The notes under the pieces are model-generated. The model had not been told where the DNA came from. It was given only the letters and a program-made list of their open reading frames with translations, and did not search any database. A stretch of DNA of 64,000 bases from a phage, in sequence record PZ053912.1. One strand, given 5' to 3'. Shown here one piece after another: positions 54,748 to 64,000 of this stretch. The first letter of the stretch is position 1. Each line of letters opens with the position of its first letter. Made by a program: the position numbers and the translations under genes.

Positions 54748-55482
54748 TTACCTTAAGATTGTTTCAATTTTAGAATAAAGCTCTTCTAAAGAGCCGTCGT
54801 TTGTAATAACTAAATCGCCTTCTTCAATAGGCAACCCAGCTTCTGTAATATGTTTATCAGTGGATTCCGTACCAGAGCGAACCACATGAATAACTGTAGC
54901 ACCCATCGCTCTAGCGGTTTCCATTTCATGGACTTGACGTGTATCTGTTACAACATAGTAATCGAAATCACTTCCAATATAATCCATATAGTTTAATGCA
55001 AAAAGCTTAACCCAATACATACGGTCAAATAAATTAACGACAACATCCGTACCGAGGGCTTGCATAAGACGGCGGATTGACCATGTGTCGTTGATATTAT
55101 TTATAGCTTCACGCAGGGCTTCGTATGGTTTAATATCTAGATACGAATATCCACCTTCTAACGATGATAATACTTTAACATTATTAATTGGTAAATATTG
55201 ACTTTGCAAATAAATTAGCGCTTCTTCCAATAATTCAATAACATCCAACTTATTGAGATTTAATGGTGTTTCACGGTCGTATCCAATGCCTTCAAAGTAT
55301 TCGTATTTCAACTCTGTGAATACATCAGGGTTTTCAGCATGCCTACGTCCCCAGGCTATTGCTAGAGCGTCTTTAATCGGATATGCCAATTGGTATTTTA
55401 CGGATTTAAAGTTTGAATTGATGTAATCAGCAGTAGTGTCTTTACCACTACGTTTGATGCCACTTAAAAAGATTAGCTCCAT
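54748..55482 (-). CDS. 1: Deoxynucleoside monophosphate kinase gp1
   Basis: 244 aa; IFLSGIKRSGKDTTAD and RRLMQALGTDVVVNLFDRMYWVKLFAL... match recalled T4 gp1. Confidence 0.93.
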   Translation of the reverse strand: MELIFLSGIKRSGKDTTADYINSNFKSVKYQLAYPIKDALAIAWGRRHAENPDVFTELKYEYFEGIGYDRETPLNLNKLDVIELLEEALIYLQSQYLPINNVKVLSSLEGGYSYLDIKPYEALREAINNINDTWSIRRLMQALGTDVVVNLFDRMYWVKLFALNYMDYIGSDFDYYVVTDTRQVHEMETARAMGATVIHVVRSGTESTDKHITEAGLPIEEGDLVITNDGSLEELYSKIETILR

Positions 55483-55535
55483 AGGTTTTCCTCATATAAT
55501 TTATGAGTGATTATAACATACGGAGCTAGAAGCGA

Positions 55536-56126
55536 TTAACGCAAGGAAGGGTGTCTAGAAATGGATTTAGATTCGACAGCTTGGCGTGGTTGTTGAGATA
55601 CAATGACTTCGCCATCCTTTTCTATCGTCATATACGCGTAGTGAATAGTTGCTACGCACGTAACGGCAGGGTCAGAGTCTTCGGTGTAACTAAATTCAAT
55701 TTCACTCAAATCAGAAATCCATGGTTTATAGAAATTTGCCGTCAAAACTACTTCGGTCTTATTGTTGTTTAAAATGTGCAAAGTAACAAACTCAGGACCA
55801 TCAGAGTGGGCCGTATTATGGCCGGTTATATAGTTATTAGTGCTGAGCATCCATTTATACATGTTCATCCAGGACGTCATGTCTTCATCAACTATAAATC
55901 GTACAATAAAAGGGTCATATTCAAATGTGGTGCCTGCACGCATTGCACGCCCTAGCCCCATTGTGCCTGTCACAGTTTCAACAACAGGAATTCTCACACC
56001 TGGCAATGGAGCCGTTTGGGCATTGAGCACAAAACCTGAAGTTCGTGTACTATCTGGGATATCCACAACAAAGTTTGTTATATTTGTTTGGTTAAAAATC
56101 TGTCTCGCTGGACGAGTCATAAGCAC
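55536..56126 (-). CDS. 3: Tail completion / sheath stabiliser gp3
   Basis: 196 aa ORF at the T4 gene 3 position; start may be internal. Confidence 0.65.
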   Translation of the reverse strand: MLMTRPARQIFNQTNITNFVVDIPDSTRTSGFVLNAQTAPLPGVRIPVVETVTGTMGLGRAMRAGTTFEYDPFIVRFIVDEDMTSWMNMYKWMLSTNNYITGHNTAHSDGPEFVTLHILNNNKTEVVLTANFYKPWISDLSEIEFSYTEDSDPAVTCVATIHYAYMTIEKDGEVIVSQQPRQAVESKSISRHPSLR

Positions 56127-56222
56127 CTCAAAAACGCTTTAATAAAAATGCAGTATAATGGTTTTAGGTCTCTTCCATTAATCCGGTTCAATAGAATATC
56201 AGACGAACGGAAGAGAATAGAA

Positions 56223-57044
56223 TTAAGATTTCCAAACAGTATTCGCAGAGAAACGTTTTCCTTTTGACATAAACTGTTGAGTAGGTAACATGATTATGTT
56301 AGCCCAGTCTTTAGGAGCTATTTCTGTTATTGTTCCTCTAATGTGGCCTGGCAGGTATGCTTTAATCATTTTGTCAGCACCTTGAAATCCTTTCACCTTG
56401 CTCCAGTCTATCTTCAACTTTGTGTTATTAGTAATAGTAGTTGTGCTAGCATATTGCTTCAGCAATTCTTCAAGAAACTGTTGACGTGCTTTAGGTGGGA
56501 TATAGTGCAAGTTTAACCCATACATCAAATTATGTTTACCTAATCCTAAATAAATAATCAAAGGATATCGGTCCCAGTATGGCAGAGTATCTTTATGTTT
56601 AGCATCATACACGTAAGTATAAATTTTGCCTGGCGTAGGCTTGACTACTTTATGACCTTTTACACTTTTCTTAATTGTTTCAACAAACCACTTAGATGAT
56701 TTGTTGTTTACTGCTGCGCCTTCATTTCTAATCTTTTCTCGTATTGAACTGCGAAACGAGTTTATCATCAGAAGTTGACGTTCTTGCTTATTGAGTTTAT
56801 TTTTAGGTTTAGATTCAAGCGTTTCAATTTTCTGTGCAATCTTAATAGATGATGCATATCTAGACATTGCAGATGTAAACGACGAGTATTTTATTCCTTT
56901 TGATTCTGCAAATGCTTTTGCAGTGATTCCTTTCTCTTTAGCTTTCCTGTATTCTAATCCTATCTCAATCCATTTTCTTTCATTCATAGACTGAGCAATC
57001 TTAGGGGCTTGTACGCCTTCAGATATAATTTGGAATATGCTCAT
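56223..57044 (-). CDS. 2: DNA end protector gp2
   Basis: 273 aa, basic; T4 position between 3 and 4. Confidence 0.75.
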   Translation of the reverse strand: MSIFQIISEGVQAPKIAQSMNERKWIEIGLEYRKAKEKGITAKAFAESKGIKYSSFTSAMSRYASSIKIAQKIETLESKPKNKLNKQERQLLMINSFRSSIREKIRNEGAAVNNKSSKWFVETIKKSVKGHKVVKPTPGKIYTYVYDAKHKDTLPYWDRYPLIIYLGLGKHNLMYGLNLHYIPPKARQQFLEELLKQYASTTTITNNTKLKIDWSKVKGFQGADKMIKAYLPGHIRGTITEIAPKDWANIIMLPTQQFMSKGKRFSANTVWKS

Positions 57045-57046
57045 AA

Positions 57047-57496
57047 TTACCCCTTGTATCCGAGTTTTCTAAGTCCGTCTTCGGTTAGAACTCGAAATTT
57101 TATATTTCTCTTTTCAGCAACAGCTGAGGCAGCTTTCCATTTGTCACAGTTCACAGACCACGTGTAGATTTCATTCATATAACGTTTCTTAGCCGCAGTT
57201 GTAAGATTCACCGGTTTAATAGGTGGCTGAGTTTCTTTCTTTGGTTTTATTTCTACAAAGAACTCTTGACCTGATGCATCTTTCATCCATATGTCCATAT
57301 AGTATCGACGTTTCTTACCTTCAGCATTACAAAAATATGGAATTACTGCTGTTTCACTACCCCATGCAATAATTTCTGGATTTTTATCTAACCATTCGAA
57401 AAAGAATTTTTCCCAGTTTGAACGATACGTTATTTTGGTATGGTCTCCACGGTATTTTTTTAAATTTTTTGGGACCCATTTACCAGAGTAGGCCAT
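57047..57496 (-). CDS. 4: Head completion protein gp4
   Basis: 150 aa from the ATG at 57494-57496 preceded by AAGGAGGA; the longer track ORF would run through the divergent promoter and into gene 53. Confidence 0.75.
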   Translation of the reverse strand: MAYSGKWVPKNLKKYRGDHTKITYRSNWEKFFFEWLDKNPEIIAWGSETAVIPYFCNAEGKKRRYYMDIWMKDASGQEFFVEIKPKKETQPPIKPVNLTTAAKKRYMNEIYTWSVNCDKWKAASAVAEKRNIKFRVLTEDGLRKLGYKG

Positions 57497-57506
57497 GTTG
57501 TCCTCC

Positions 57507-57514
57507 TTATAAAT
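57507..57514 (+). promoter_or_regulatory. Late promoter TATAAATA for gene 53
   Basis: Exact consensus on the plus strand, 44 nt upstream of the gene 53 start. Confidence 0.55.
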
Positions 57515-57521
57515 AGTATTA

Positions 57522-57529
57522 TTATTTAT
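57522..57529 (-). promoter_or_regulatory. Late promoter TATAAATA for gene 4 (divergent from the gene 53 promoter)
   Basis: Exact consensus on the minus strand, 26 nt upstream of the gene 4 ATG. Confidence 0.55.
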
Positions 57530-57557
57530 ACCAATTTCATATTGGAAGGAGACTATC

Positions 57558-58133
57558 TTGTTATTTACATTCTTCGACCCAATAGGATATAGTGCTAAAA
57601 CAGTTAATAAGAACGCACCTACTATTCCTATGACAGACATATTTCGTAACTATAAAGAGTACTTTAAGCGTGTTGCTGCCAATTATAGATTACGTTCTTA
57701 TTATATTAAAGGCTCTCCGCGTCCTGAAGAACTAGCAAATATAATTTATGGCAACCCTCAATTATACTGGGTCCTTTTGATGTGTAATGACAACTATGAT
57801 CCGTATTATGGTTGGATTACATCTCAGGAAGCAGCGTATCAAGCTTCTATTCAGAAATATGCTAATGCTGGCGGTGACCAAATTCTTTATCATATTAACG
57901 AGAACCGTGAGAAATTTTACAATTTGGTTTCATATCCGGACGAGCCTTTAGTGTGGTACGATAAAGGTGATGAAGCTCGTAAGTATCCGCAATATAAAGG
58001 ACCTTTAGCTGCAGTAGATACTTATGAAGCGGCAGTATTAGATAATGAAAAACTTCGTAAAATAAAAATTGTTGCAAAAGAAGATATAAACTCGTTTATC
58101 ACAGATTTGATTCGTGAGATGGAGATTGCATAA
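57558..58133 (+). CDS. 53: Baseplate wedge protein gp53
   Basis: 191 aa; MLFTFFDPIGYSAKTVNKNAPTIPMTDIFRNYKEYFKRV matches recalled T4 gp53. Confidence 0.85.
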   Translation: MLFTFFDPIGYSAKTVNKNAPTIPMTDIFRNYKEYFKRVAANYRLRSYYIKGSPRPEELANIIYGNPQLYWVLLMCNDNYDPYYGWITSQEAAYQASIQKYANAGGDQILYHINENREKFYNLVSYPDEPLVWYDKGDEARKYPQYKGPLAAVDTYEAAVLDNEKLRKIKIVAKEDINSFITDLIREMEIA

Positions 58134-59866
58134 TGGAAATGATTAGCAGTAGCCTTAATTGGTTCGTGGGTGTTGTCGAGGACAGAATGGACCCATTAAA
58201 ACAAGGGCGAGTTCGAGTTCGAGTCGTTGGTCTTCATCCGGCACAGAGAACACAAGGTGATGTACAAGGTATTCCTACAGAAAAACTTCCATGGATGACT
58301 GTTATTCAACCTATTACGTCTGCATCAATGTCAGGTATTGGTGGTTCTGTTACAGGTCCTGTTGAAGGAACTCGAGTATATGGTCATTTCTTAGACAAAT
58401 GGAAAACAAACGGGATTGTACTTGGTACATACGGTGGAATAGTACGTGAAAAACCTAATAGACTTGAAGGTTTTTCAGACCCGACAGGTCAGTATCCGCG
58501 ACGTTTAGGTAATGATACGAACGTATTAAACCAAGGTGGTGAAGCTGGTTATTATTCGAACTCTAACGTAATTCAAGATAACAACTTGGATTATGGTATA
58601 AACCCAGACGATACAGATTTAGCAAATATTCCAGAAGATGATGACCCTAATTTTACAATAACAGAAATGTTACGTCGTGACGAAGGTCTTCGTGATAAAG
58701 TGTATTGGGACCATCTCGGATATCCTACAGTAGGTATTGGACACCTTATAGTAATGGAAAAAACCCGAGATATGTCTCGAATTAATAAATTGTTATCTGA
58801 TCAAGTAGGGCGTGAAGTAACAGGAAATCCGGGAACTATTACATTAGAAGAAGCAACAGCGTTATTTGAGAAGGACCTTGCTAAGATGCAGAAAGACATT
58901 CGTTCTAATTCTAAAGTAGGTCCTGTTTATGCTAAAATGAACAGATCTCGCCAAATGGCATTAGAAAACATGTGCTTCCAGATGGGCGTTGGTGGTGTAG
59001 CAAAATTCAATACTATGCTTAAAGCAATGGCCACAGGTGATTGGAAAACCGCATACAAATCTGGACGCGATTCGTTATGGTTCCAACAGACTAAAGGGCG
59101 TGCTTCACGTGTAACAACAATTATTTTAACTGGTAACATGGAATCATATGGCGTTCCTGTTAAAACACCACCTTCACCAGGAGTTGGTGCTGATTTAGTT
59201 ACTAGAAATACCGATCCAGAAGACCCAGCTGGTCCTCCTGTTCCGTTAGATTCACGCATCCTTTTTAAAGAACCGGAATCAAGTTATCGTGGTGAGTATC
59301 CATACGTTCATGCTATGGAAACAGAAAGCGGTCATATCCAAGAATTTGACGATACTCCAGGTAATGAACGTTATCGCTTAGTTCATCCAACAGGGTCATA
59401 TGAGGAAGTTTCTCCGTCTGGGCGTCGTACTCGTAAAACTGTAGAAGACCTTTTTGACATCACTAATGGCGATGGGAACTTCTTGATTTCTGGTGATAAG
59501 CTTGTTAACGTTGGTGCTAACGAAATATATTATAACATGGCAGACCGCCTCCATCAAATAGATGGCAATGACACAATCTTTATTCGCGGTAACCAATCTA
59601 AAACTGTTGAAGGCGATGGAACTCTTTACGTTAAGGGTAATATCAAAATAGTTGTTGACGGAAATGCAGATATTCTTGTTAAAGGTGATGCTAAAACTCA
59701 GGTCGAAGGGAATCATGATTACACCGTCAACGGAAACGTTAAATGGACTGTTAATGGTAATGTTGATATGACTGTTGCCGGGGATTGGGCAGAAACAATG
59801 ACTACAATGAGCTCAGTAGCTTCAGGACAATACACTGTTGACGGATCTCGTATTGATATTGGGTAA
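58133..59866 (+). CDS. 5: Baseplate hub / cell-puncturing protein gp5 with lysozyme domain
   Basis: 577 aa; T4-lysozyme-like block TEMLRRDEGLRDKVYWDHLGYPTVGIGHL; C-terminal VxGxxxxxV beta-helix repeats. Confidence 0.95.
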   Translation: MEMISSSLNWFVGVVEDRMDPLKQGRVRVRVVGLHPAQRTQGDVQGIPTEKLPWMTVIQPITSASMSGIGGSVTGPVEGTRVYGHFLDKWKTNGIVLGTYGGIVREKPNRLEGFSDPTGQYPRRLGNDTNVLNQGGEAGYYSNSNVIQDNNLDYGINPDDTDLANIPEDDDPNFTITEMLRRDEGLRDKVYWDHLGYPTVGIGHLIVMEKTRDMSRINKLLSDQVGREVTGNPGTITLEEATALFEKDLAKMQKDIRSNSKVGPVYAKMNRSRQMALENMCFQMGVGGVAKFNTMLKAMATGDWKTAYKSGRDSLWFQQTKGRASRVTTIILTGNMESYGVPVKTPPSPGVGADLVTRNTDPEDPAGPPVPLDSRILFKEPESSYRGEYPYVHAMETESGHIQEFDDTPGNERYRLVHPTGSYEEVSPSGRRTRKTVEDLFDITNGDGNFLISGDKLVNVGANEIYYNMADRLHQIDGNDTIFIRGNQSKTVEGDGTLYVKGNIKIVVDGNADILVKGDAKTQVEGNHDYTVNGNVKWTVNGNVDMTVAGDWAETMTTMSSVASGQYTVDGSRIDIG

Positions 59867-59869
59867 TAT

Positions 59870-60385
59870 ATGGCACAAATACTTCCTTTAAATACCGACT
59901 TAGGAGAAGACATGGAAGGGGCGTCTATTGACGTCCTTTTTACTCCACAGTTAGAAACAACCGAAACTTTAGTGTCAATAAATATAACAGATTATGAACC
60001 GACACAAGGCATTACGGTAGACGGTAATCGTTTATATGGAACATATGAAAGTGTGTTTAGCTTTTCTTCGGATGCATTGAAATACCGATTAAATGATGAT
60101 TTTGAAACCGCATCTTCATGGGATGATTTACCAAAAGATGAATCCACACAGTTATATTTGTGGAGAGCTCCTCAGAATCTTCGTAAAGTGTTTAGTTATA
60201 CGGTTGAAATGATTTATAACTACCAAGAAGAAAGTTCATCAGGCGGTTCTAGAAGTGACTCTGGTACAGAACCTCCACCGGCTCCAGTACAAAAAACTCT
60301 TACTAAGGTTTATACAAAAACTATAGTAGGAAATTGGAGCAAATGGGCTCAACAATTACGAAACTATGTTTATGTGAGGCCGTGA
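59870..60385 (+). CDS. 5.1: gp5.1-like baseplate-region protein
   Basis: 171 aa ORF immediately after gene 5. Confidence 0.6.
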   Translation: MAQILPLNTDLGEDMEGASIDVLFTPQLETTETLVSINITDYEPTQGITVDGNRLYGTYESVFSFSSDALKYRLNDDFETASSWDDLPKDESTQLYLWRAPQNLRKVFSYTVEMIYNYQEESSSGGSRSDSGTEPPPAPVQKTLTKVYTKTIVGNWSKWAQQLRNYVYVRP

Positions 60386-60387
60386 AA

Positions 60388-60681
60388 ATGTCTGGCTTAA
60401 GTTACGACAAGTGCGTTACAACAGGTCATGAAGCATGGCCTCCTACTGTGATAAATGCTTCCCAATCTAAAGTGTTCACCGGTGGTATTCCTGTTCTTGT
60501 GGCAGGAGACCAAATAACACCTCATACAGAAATTAAAAAACCATACGAGACTCATGGAGGTGTTACTGAACCTCGTACATCCAAAGTATACGTCACCGGT
60601 AAAAAGGCCGTTCAAATGGCCGACCCAATTTCATGCGGGGATACTGTTTCTCAGGCCTCGTCAAAAGTCTTTATAAAATAG
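60388..60681 (+). CDS. 5.4: PAAR-repeat spike-tip protein gp5.4
   Basis: 97 aa from [14 protein letters not shown]...; small Gly/Thr-rich PAAR-like protein; the track ORF start at 60334 overlaps 5.1. Confidence 0.7.
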   Translation: MSGLSYDKCVTTGHEAWPPTVINASQSKVFTGGIPVLVAGDQITPHTEIKKPYETHGGVTEPRTSKVYVTGKKAVQMADPISCGDTVSQASSKVFIK

Positions 60682-60689
60682 GAATTAAA

Positions 60690-62663
60690 ATGGCAAACAC
60701 TCCTGTAAATTATCAATTAACACGAACAGCGAATGCTATTCCCGAGATTTTTATCGGGGGCACATTTGCCGAAATCAAACAGAACATTATCGAATGGCTC
60801 AATGGACAGAATGAATTTCTTGATTATGATTTTGAAGGTTCGCGTTTAAACGTATTATGTGACCTTTTAGCATATAACACTCTTTACATCCAACAGTTTA
60901 GTAATAGTGCAGTGTATGAAAGTTTTATGCGTACTGCAAACTTGCGTAGTTCTGTTGTACAAGCGGCTCAAGATAACGGATATCTGCCTTCATCTAAATC
61001 AGCAGCACAAACAGAAATTATGCTCACATGTACGGATGCATTAAATAGAAACTATATCACCATTCCACGTGGCACTCGTTTCTTAGCATACGCTAAAGAT
61101 ACTTCTGTTAACCCGTATAACTTTGTTTCTACTGAAGATGTCATTGTAGTTAAAGACAAAAATAACCAATATTTTCCACGTCTTCGATTAGCTCAAGGAC
61201 GTATTGTTCGCACTGAATTAACATTCGATAGATTAAAACCTATCATTATTCGTGATAAGAATATTGACCGTAATTTGGTTAAGTTGTATGTTGACGGAGC
61301 AGAATGGATTAACTGGACTCGTAAGTCGATGGTTCACGCTGGTTCTACGTCAACAATCTATTATATGCGTGAAACAGTTGATGGGAACACCGAATTTTAT
61401 TTTGGTGAAGGCGAAATCTCTATTAACACATCAGAAGGTGCGTTAACATCTAACTATATTGGTGGCCTTAAACCTGTTCAGGGTTCTAAAATCGTAATTG
61501 AGTATATTTCTACTAACGGCGCAGATGCTAACGGTGCTGTAGGATTTTCTTATGCTGATACATTAGCTAATATCACGGTAATCGGTATTAACGAGAACCC
61601 TAGCAATAACCCAGACTTTGTTGGGGCTGATGGTGGTGGCGACCCTGAAGATATTGAACGTATCCGCGAATTAGGCACAATTAAACGCGAAACTCAACAA
61701 CGTTGTGTAACTGCTTCCGACTATGACACATTCGTCTCTGAGCGGTTTGGTTCTATTATTCAAGCGGTTCAAACATTCACAGATTCATCTAAACCAGGGT
61801 ACGCATTTATTGCTGCTAAACCTAAGTCTGGGTTGTATTTGACTTCTGTTCAACGTGATGATATCAAAAACTATTTAAATGATTATAACTTAGGGACTAT
61901 TACACCTGTTGTTATTTCGCCTGATTATTTGTTTATCAAAATGAATATCAAAGTTACGTACGCGTTGAATAAACTCCAAGAATCAGAACAATATCTTGAA
62001 GGGCAGATTATTAATAAAATAGACCGTTATTATATTGAAGATGTAGAAATTTTTAACTCATCGTTTGCAAAATCTAAAATGCTAACTTATGTCGATGATG
62101 CAGATATTTCTATTATTGGTTCTTCAGCTACTATTCAAATGGTTCGCGAAGTACAAAACTTCTATAAAACGCCTGAGGCCGGTATTAAATACAATAATCA
62201 GATTAAAGATAGATCGATGGAATCTAATATATTCTCGTTTGATTCACACAGACCTAATCCAGAAAATGCAAACGAAACTATTAAATACGGTGTTCGCATA
62301 GTATCTTCTGACCGTAATGACCGTGGCATAGGTCAAGTTATTATTGGTCCATTTGCAGACGGCGATGTTGTTGAAAACGAAAATATACAACCTTATACAG
62401 GTAATGATTTTAATAAACTTACTGTTACTGACGGACGAAACAAATACTATTCAATTGGTGAAGTGAATTATCCTGCCGATTCGATTTATTGGAACATTGC
62501 TAAAATTGACCTCACTTCAGACCGTTTTGAAGTTCAAACAATTGAACTTTATTCCGACCCTGCAGATGATATTATTTTTACAAAGGATGGTTCTTTAATC
62601 GTATTCGAAAATGACTTACGTCCTCAGTACTTAACTATAGATTTGGAGCCTATTTCACAATGA
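60690..62663 (+). CDS. 6: Baseplate wedge protein gp6
   Basis: MANTPVNYQLTRTANAIPEIFIGGTFAEIKQNIIEWLNGQNEF... recalled as T4 gp6; start at the ATG after GGAATTAAA. Confidence 0.88.
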   Translation: MANTPVNYQLTRTANAIPEIFIGGTFAEIKQNIIEWLNGQNEFLDYDFEGSRLNVLCDLLAYNTLYIQQFSNSAVYESFMRTANLRSSVVQAAQDNGYLPSSKSAAQTEIMLTCTDALNRNYITIPRGTRFLAYAKDTSVNPYNFVSTEDVIVVKDKNNQYFPRLRLAQGRIVRTELTFDRLKPIIIRDKNIDRNLVKLYVDGAEWINWTRKSMVHAGSTSTIYYMRETVDGNTEFYFGEGEISINTSEGALTSNYIGGLKPVQGSKIVIEYISTNGADANGAVGFSYADTLANITVIGINENPSNNPDFVGADGGGDPEDIERIRELGTIKRETQQRCVTASDYDTFVSERFGSIIQAVQTFTDSSKPGYAFIAAKPKSGLYLTSVQRDDIKNYLNDYNLGTITPVVISPDYLFIKMNIKVTYALNKLQESEQYLEGQIINKIDRYYIEDVEIFNSSFAKSKMLTYVDDADISIIGSSATIQMVREVQNFYKTPEAGIKYNNQIKDRSMESNIFSFDSHRPNPENANETIKYGVRIVSSDRNDRGIGQVIIGPFADGDVVENENIQPYTGNDFNKLTVTDGRNKYYSIGEVNYPADSIYWNIAKIDLTSDRFEVQTIELYSDPADDIIFTKDGSLIVFENDLRPQYLTIDLEPISQ

Positions 62664-64000
62664 CAGTAAAAGCGCCAGCAGTCACAAGTCTCAGAATATC
62701 CAAGTTGTCCGCTAACCAAGTTCAAATACGCTGGGATGACGTTGGTGCTAATTTCTACTATTTCGTAGAAATCGCTGAGACTAAAACGGCAGACGGGGAA
62801 ATAATTCCCCTTGCCAGCTACAGATGGATAAATTTAGGATATACTCCTAATAGCGACTGGTTCGAAAGTAGCTTAGACCCATTAACTTCTTATATTATTC
62901 GTGTATCAACTGCCGCCGAAGGCTTCGAGAGATCTGATTGGGTATATACCGAAATATTTGAATCATTTCAGACCAACGCGTATACATTTCAACATATGAT
63001 TGAAATGCAATTGGCTAACACTTTTATTAGAGAAAAATTTACAAATAACAACACGGCTTATGTCGATTTTAATAACGACACTATAATGGCAGCTCTAATG
63101 AATGAATCGTTCCAATTTAGCCCTGCTTATGCGGATATTTCATCTATTAAAAATTTCATTATTGGCGAAAATGAGTATCATGAAATTCAAGGTTCGATTC
63201 AACAGGTGTGTCATGATATAAACCGCGTTTATTTGATGGAATCCGAAGGAGTTCTTTATTTGTTTGAACGGTACCAGCCTGTGGTTAAAGTCTCTAATGA
63301 TAAGGGACAAACCTGGAAATCGGTTAAATTGTTTAATGACCGTGTAGGGTACCCTGTATCAAGAACAGTGTATTACCAGACAGATCACACCACGTATGTT
63401 CTTGGGTATGATAAATTATTTTACGGCCGTAAATCAACTGACGTTCGTTGGTCTGCTGATGATGTGAGATTTAGTTCTCAAGATATAACATTTGCTAAAA
63501 TTGGCGACCAATTAAATTTAGGATTTGATGTAGAAATATTTGGTAACTACGCATCATTACCTGCTAACGTATCGCGTATTGCAGAAGCTATCGTTTGCAA
63601 TGACGATTATGTATACGTTGCTGCTCGAGATAAAGTTCGTTTTATTAAAACTAGTAATGCCCCTATTGATTCGGACCCATTATCTCCGACATATTCCGAA
63701 CGTTTATTTGAACAAGAAACATTTAACATCACAGGTAACCCTAAGGCAGTTTGCTATAAAATGGATTCTGTCGGTGGTAAAATATTTGCACTGATTATCG
63801 GTGAAGTTGTTAATCTTAATGACGACCCGAGGACCACTCCTATTGTTGATTCTGTTGATAAGGGTGTTTACGTTCTAGACCATGATGCTGGCACATTTAA
63901 ACGTGTGTTTGGTAATACTGAAGAAGAACGCCGTCGTATTGAACCTGGGTACACCAGTATGTCTACTGATGGTGTTGAGTTATCTATTTCATCTAGTAAT
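62660..64000 (+). CDS. 7: Baseplate wedge protein gp7, N-terminal 446 codons; continues beyond the window end
   Basis: ATG at 62660 overlapping the gene 6 stop (ATGA); hand translation MTVKAPAVTSLRISKLSANQVQIRWDDVGANFYYFVEIAET... stays open to the end of the window. Confidence 0.85.
   Translation, partial: MTVKAPAVTSLRISKLSANQVQIRWDDVGANFYYFVEIAETKTADGEIIPLASYRWINLGYTPNSDWFESSLDPLTSYIIRVSTAAEGFERSDWVYTEIFESFQTNAYTFQHMIEMQLANTFIREKFTNNNTAYVDFNNDTIMAALMNESFQFSPAYADISSIKNFIIGENEYHEIQGSIQQVCHDINRVYLMESEGVLYLFERYQPVVKVSNDKGQTWKSVKLFNDRVGYPVSRTVYYQTDHTTYVLGYDKLFYGRKSTDVRWSADDVRFSSQDITFAKIGDQLNLGFDVEIFGNYASLPANVSRIAEAIVCNDDYVYVAARDKVRFIKTSNAPIDSDPLSPTYSERLFEQETFNITGNPKAVCYKMDSVGGKIFALIIGEVVNLNDDPRTTPIVDSVDKGVYVLDHDAGTFKRVFGNTEEERRRIEPGYTSMSTDGVELSISSSN

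Noticed and set aside
57497-57640. N-terminal 48 codons of the gene 4 track ORF
   Set aside because: They would overlap gene 53 and the divergent late promoters; the ATG at 57496 with AAGGAGGA gives a 150-aa product of the expected size.

Overview
This window reads as a T4-like (Tevenvirinae) myovirus genome segment; the DNA polymerase and gene order look like the RB69 lineage, judged from memory and not checked against any database. All calls rest on reading the supplied ORF translations and the DNA by eye. Positions 1-57496 are almost entirely minus-strand genes in T4 order: 41(partial)-40-uvsX, an inserted sugar-nucleotide/hmC module, 42, 43-regA-62-44-45-rpbA-46-47, 55, nrdG-nrdD-49, nrdC and its downstream hypotheticals, tk, regB, denV-ipII-ipIII, e-nudE, many small early ORFs, two tRNAs (Arg-UCU and a CAU anticodon), an IPI-like gene, 57B-57A-1-3-2-4. 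From 57558 the plus strand carries baseplate genes 53-5-5.1-5.4-6-7(partial). The most interesting content is the gene block between uvsX and gene 43: dCMP hydroxymethylase plus an arabinose-5-phosphate-isomerase-like SIS protein, a HAD phosphatase, a fused nucleotidyltransferase/kinase and three unassigned enzymes, with no T4 alpha- or beta-glucosyltransferase homolog anywhere in the window. I read this as a pathway that makes an activated pentose and attaches it to hydroxymethylcytosine in DNA; arabinosyl-hmC has been reported for RB69-type phages, but which ORF is the transferase is not evident here. Other points worth a second look are four ribosome-binding-site-sequestering hairpins that each enclose a promoter, early promoters built around palindromes whose arms co-vary, two extra internal-protein candidates with capsid-targeting leaders, and a tRNA-like remnant next to the tRNA genes. 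Promoter, terminator and hairpin coordinates are approximate.
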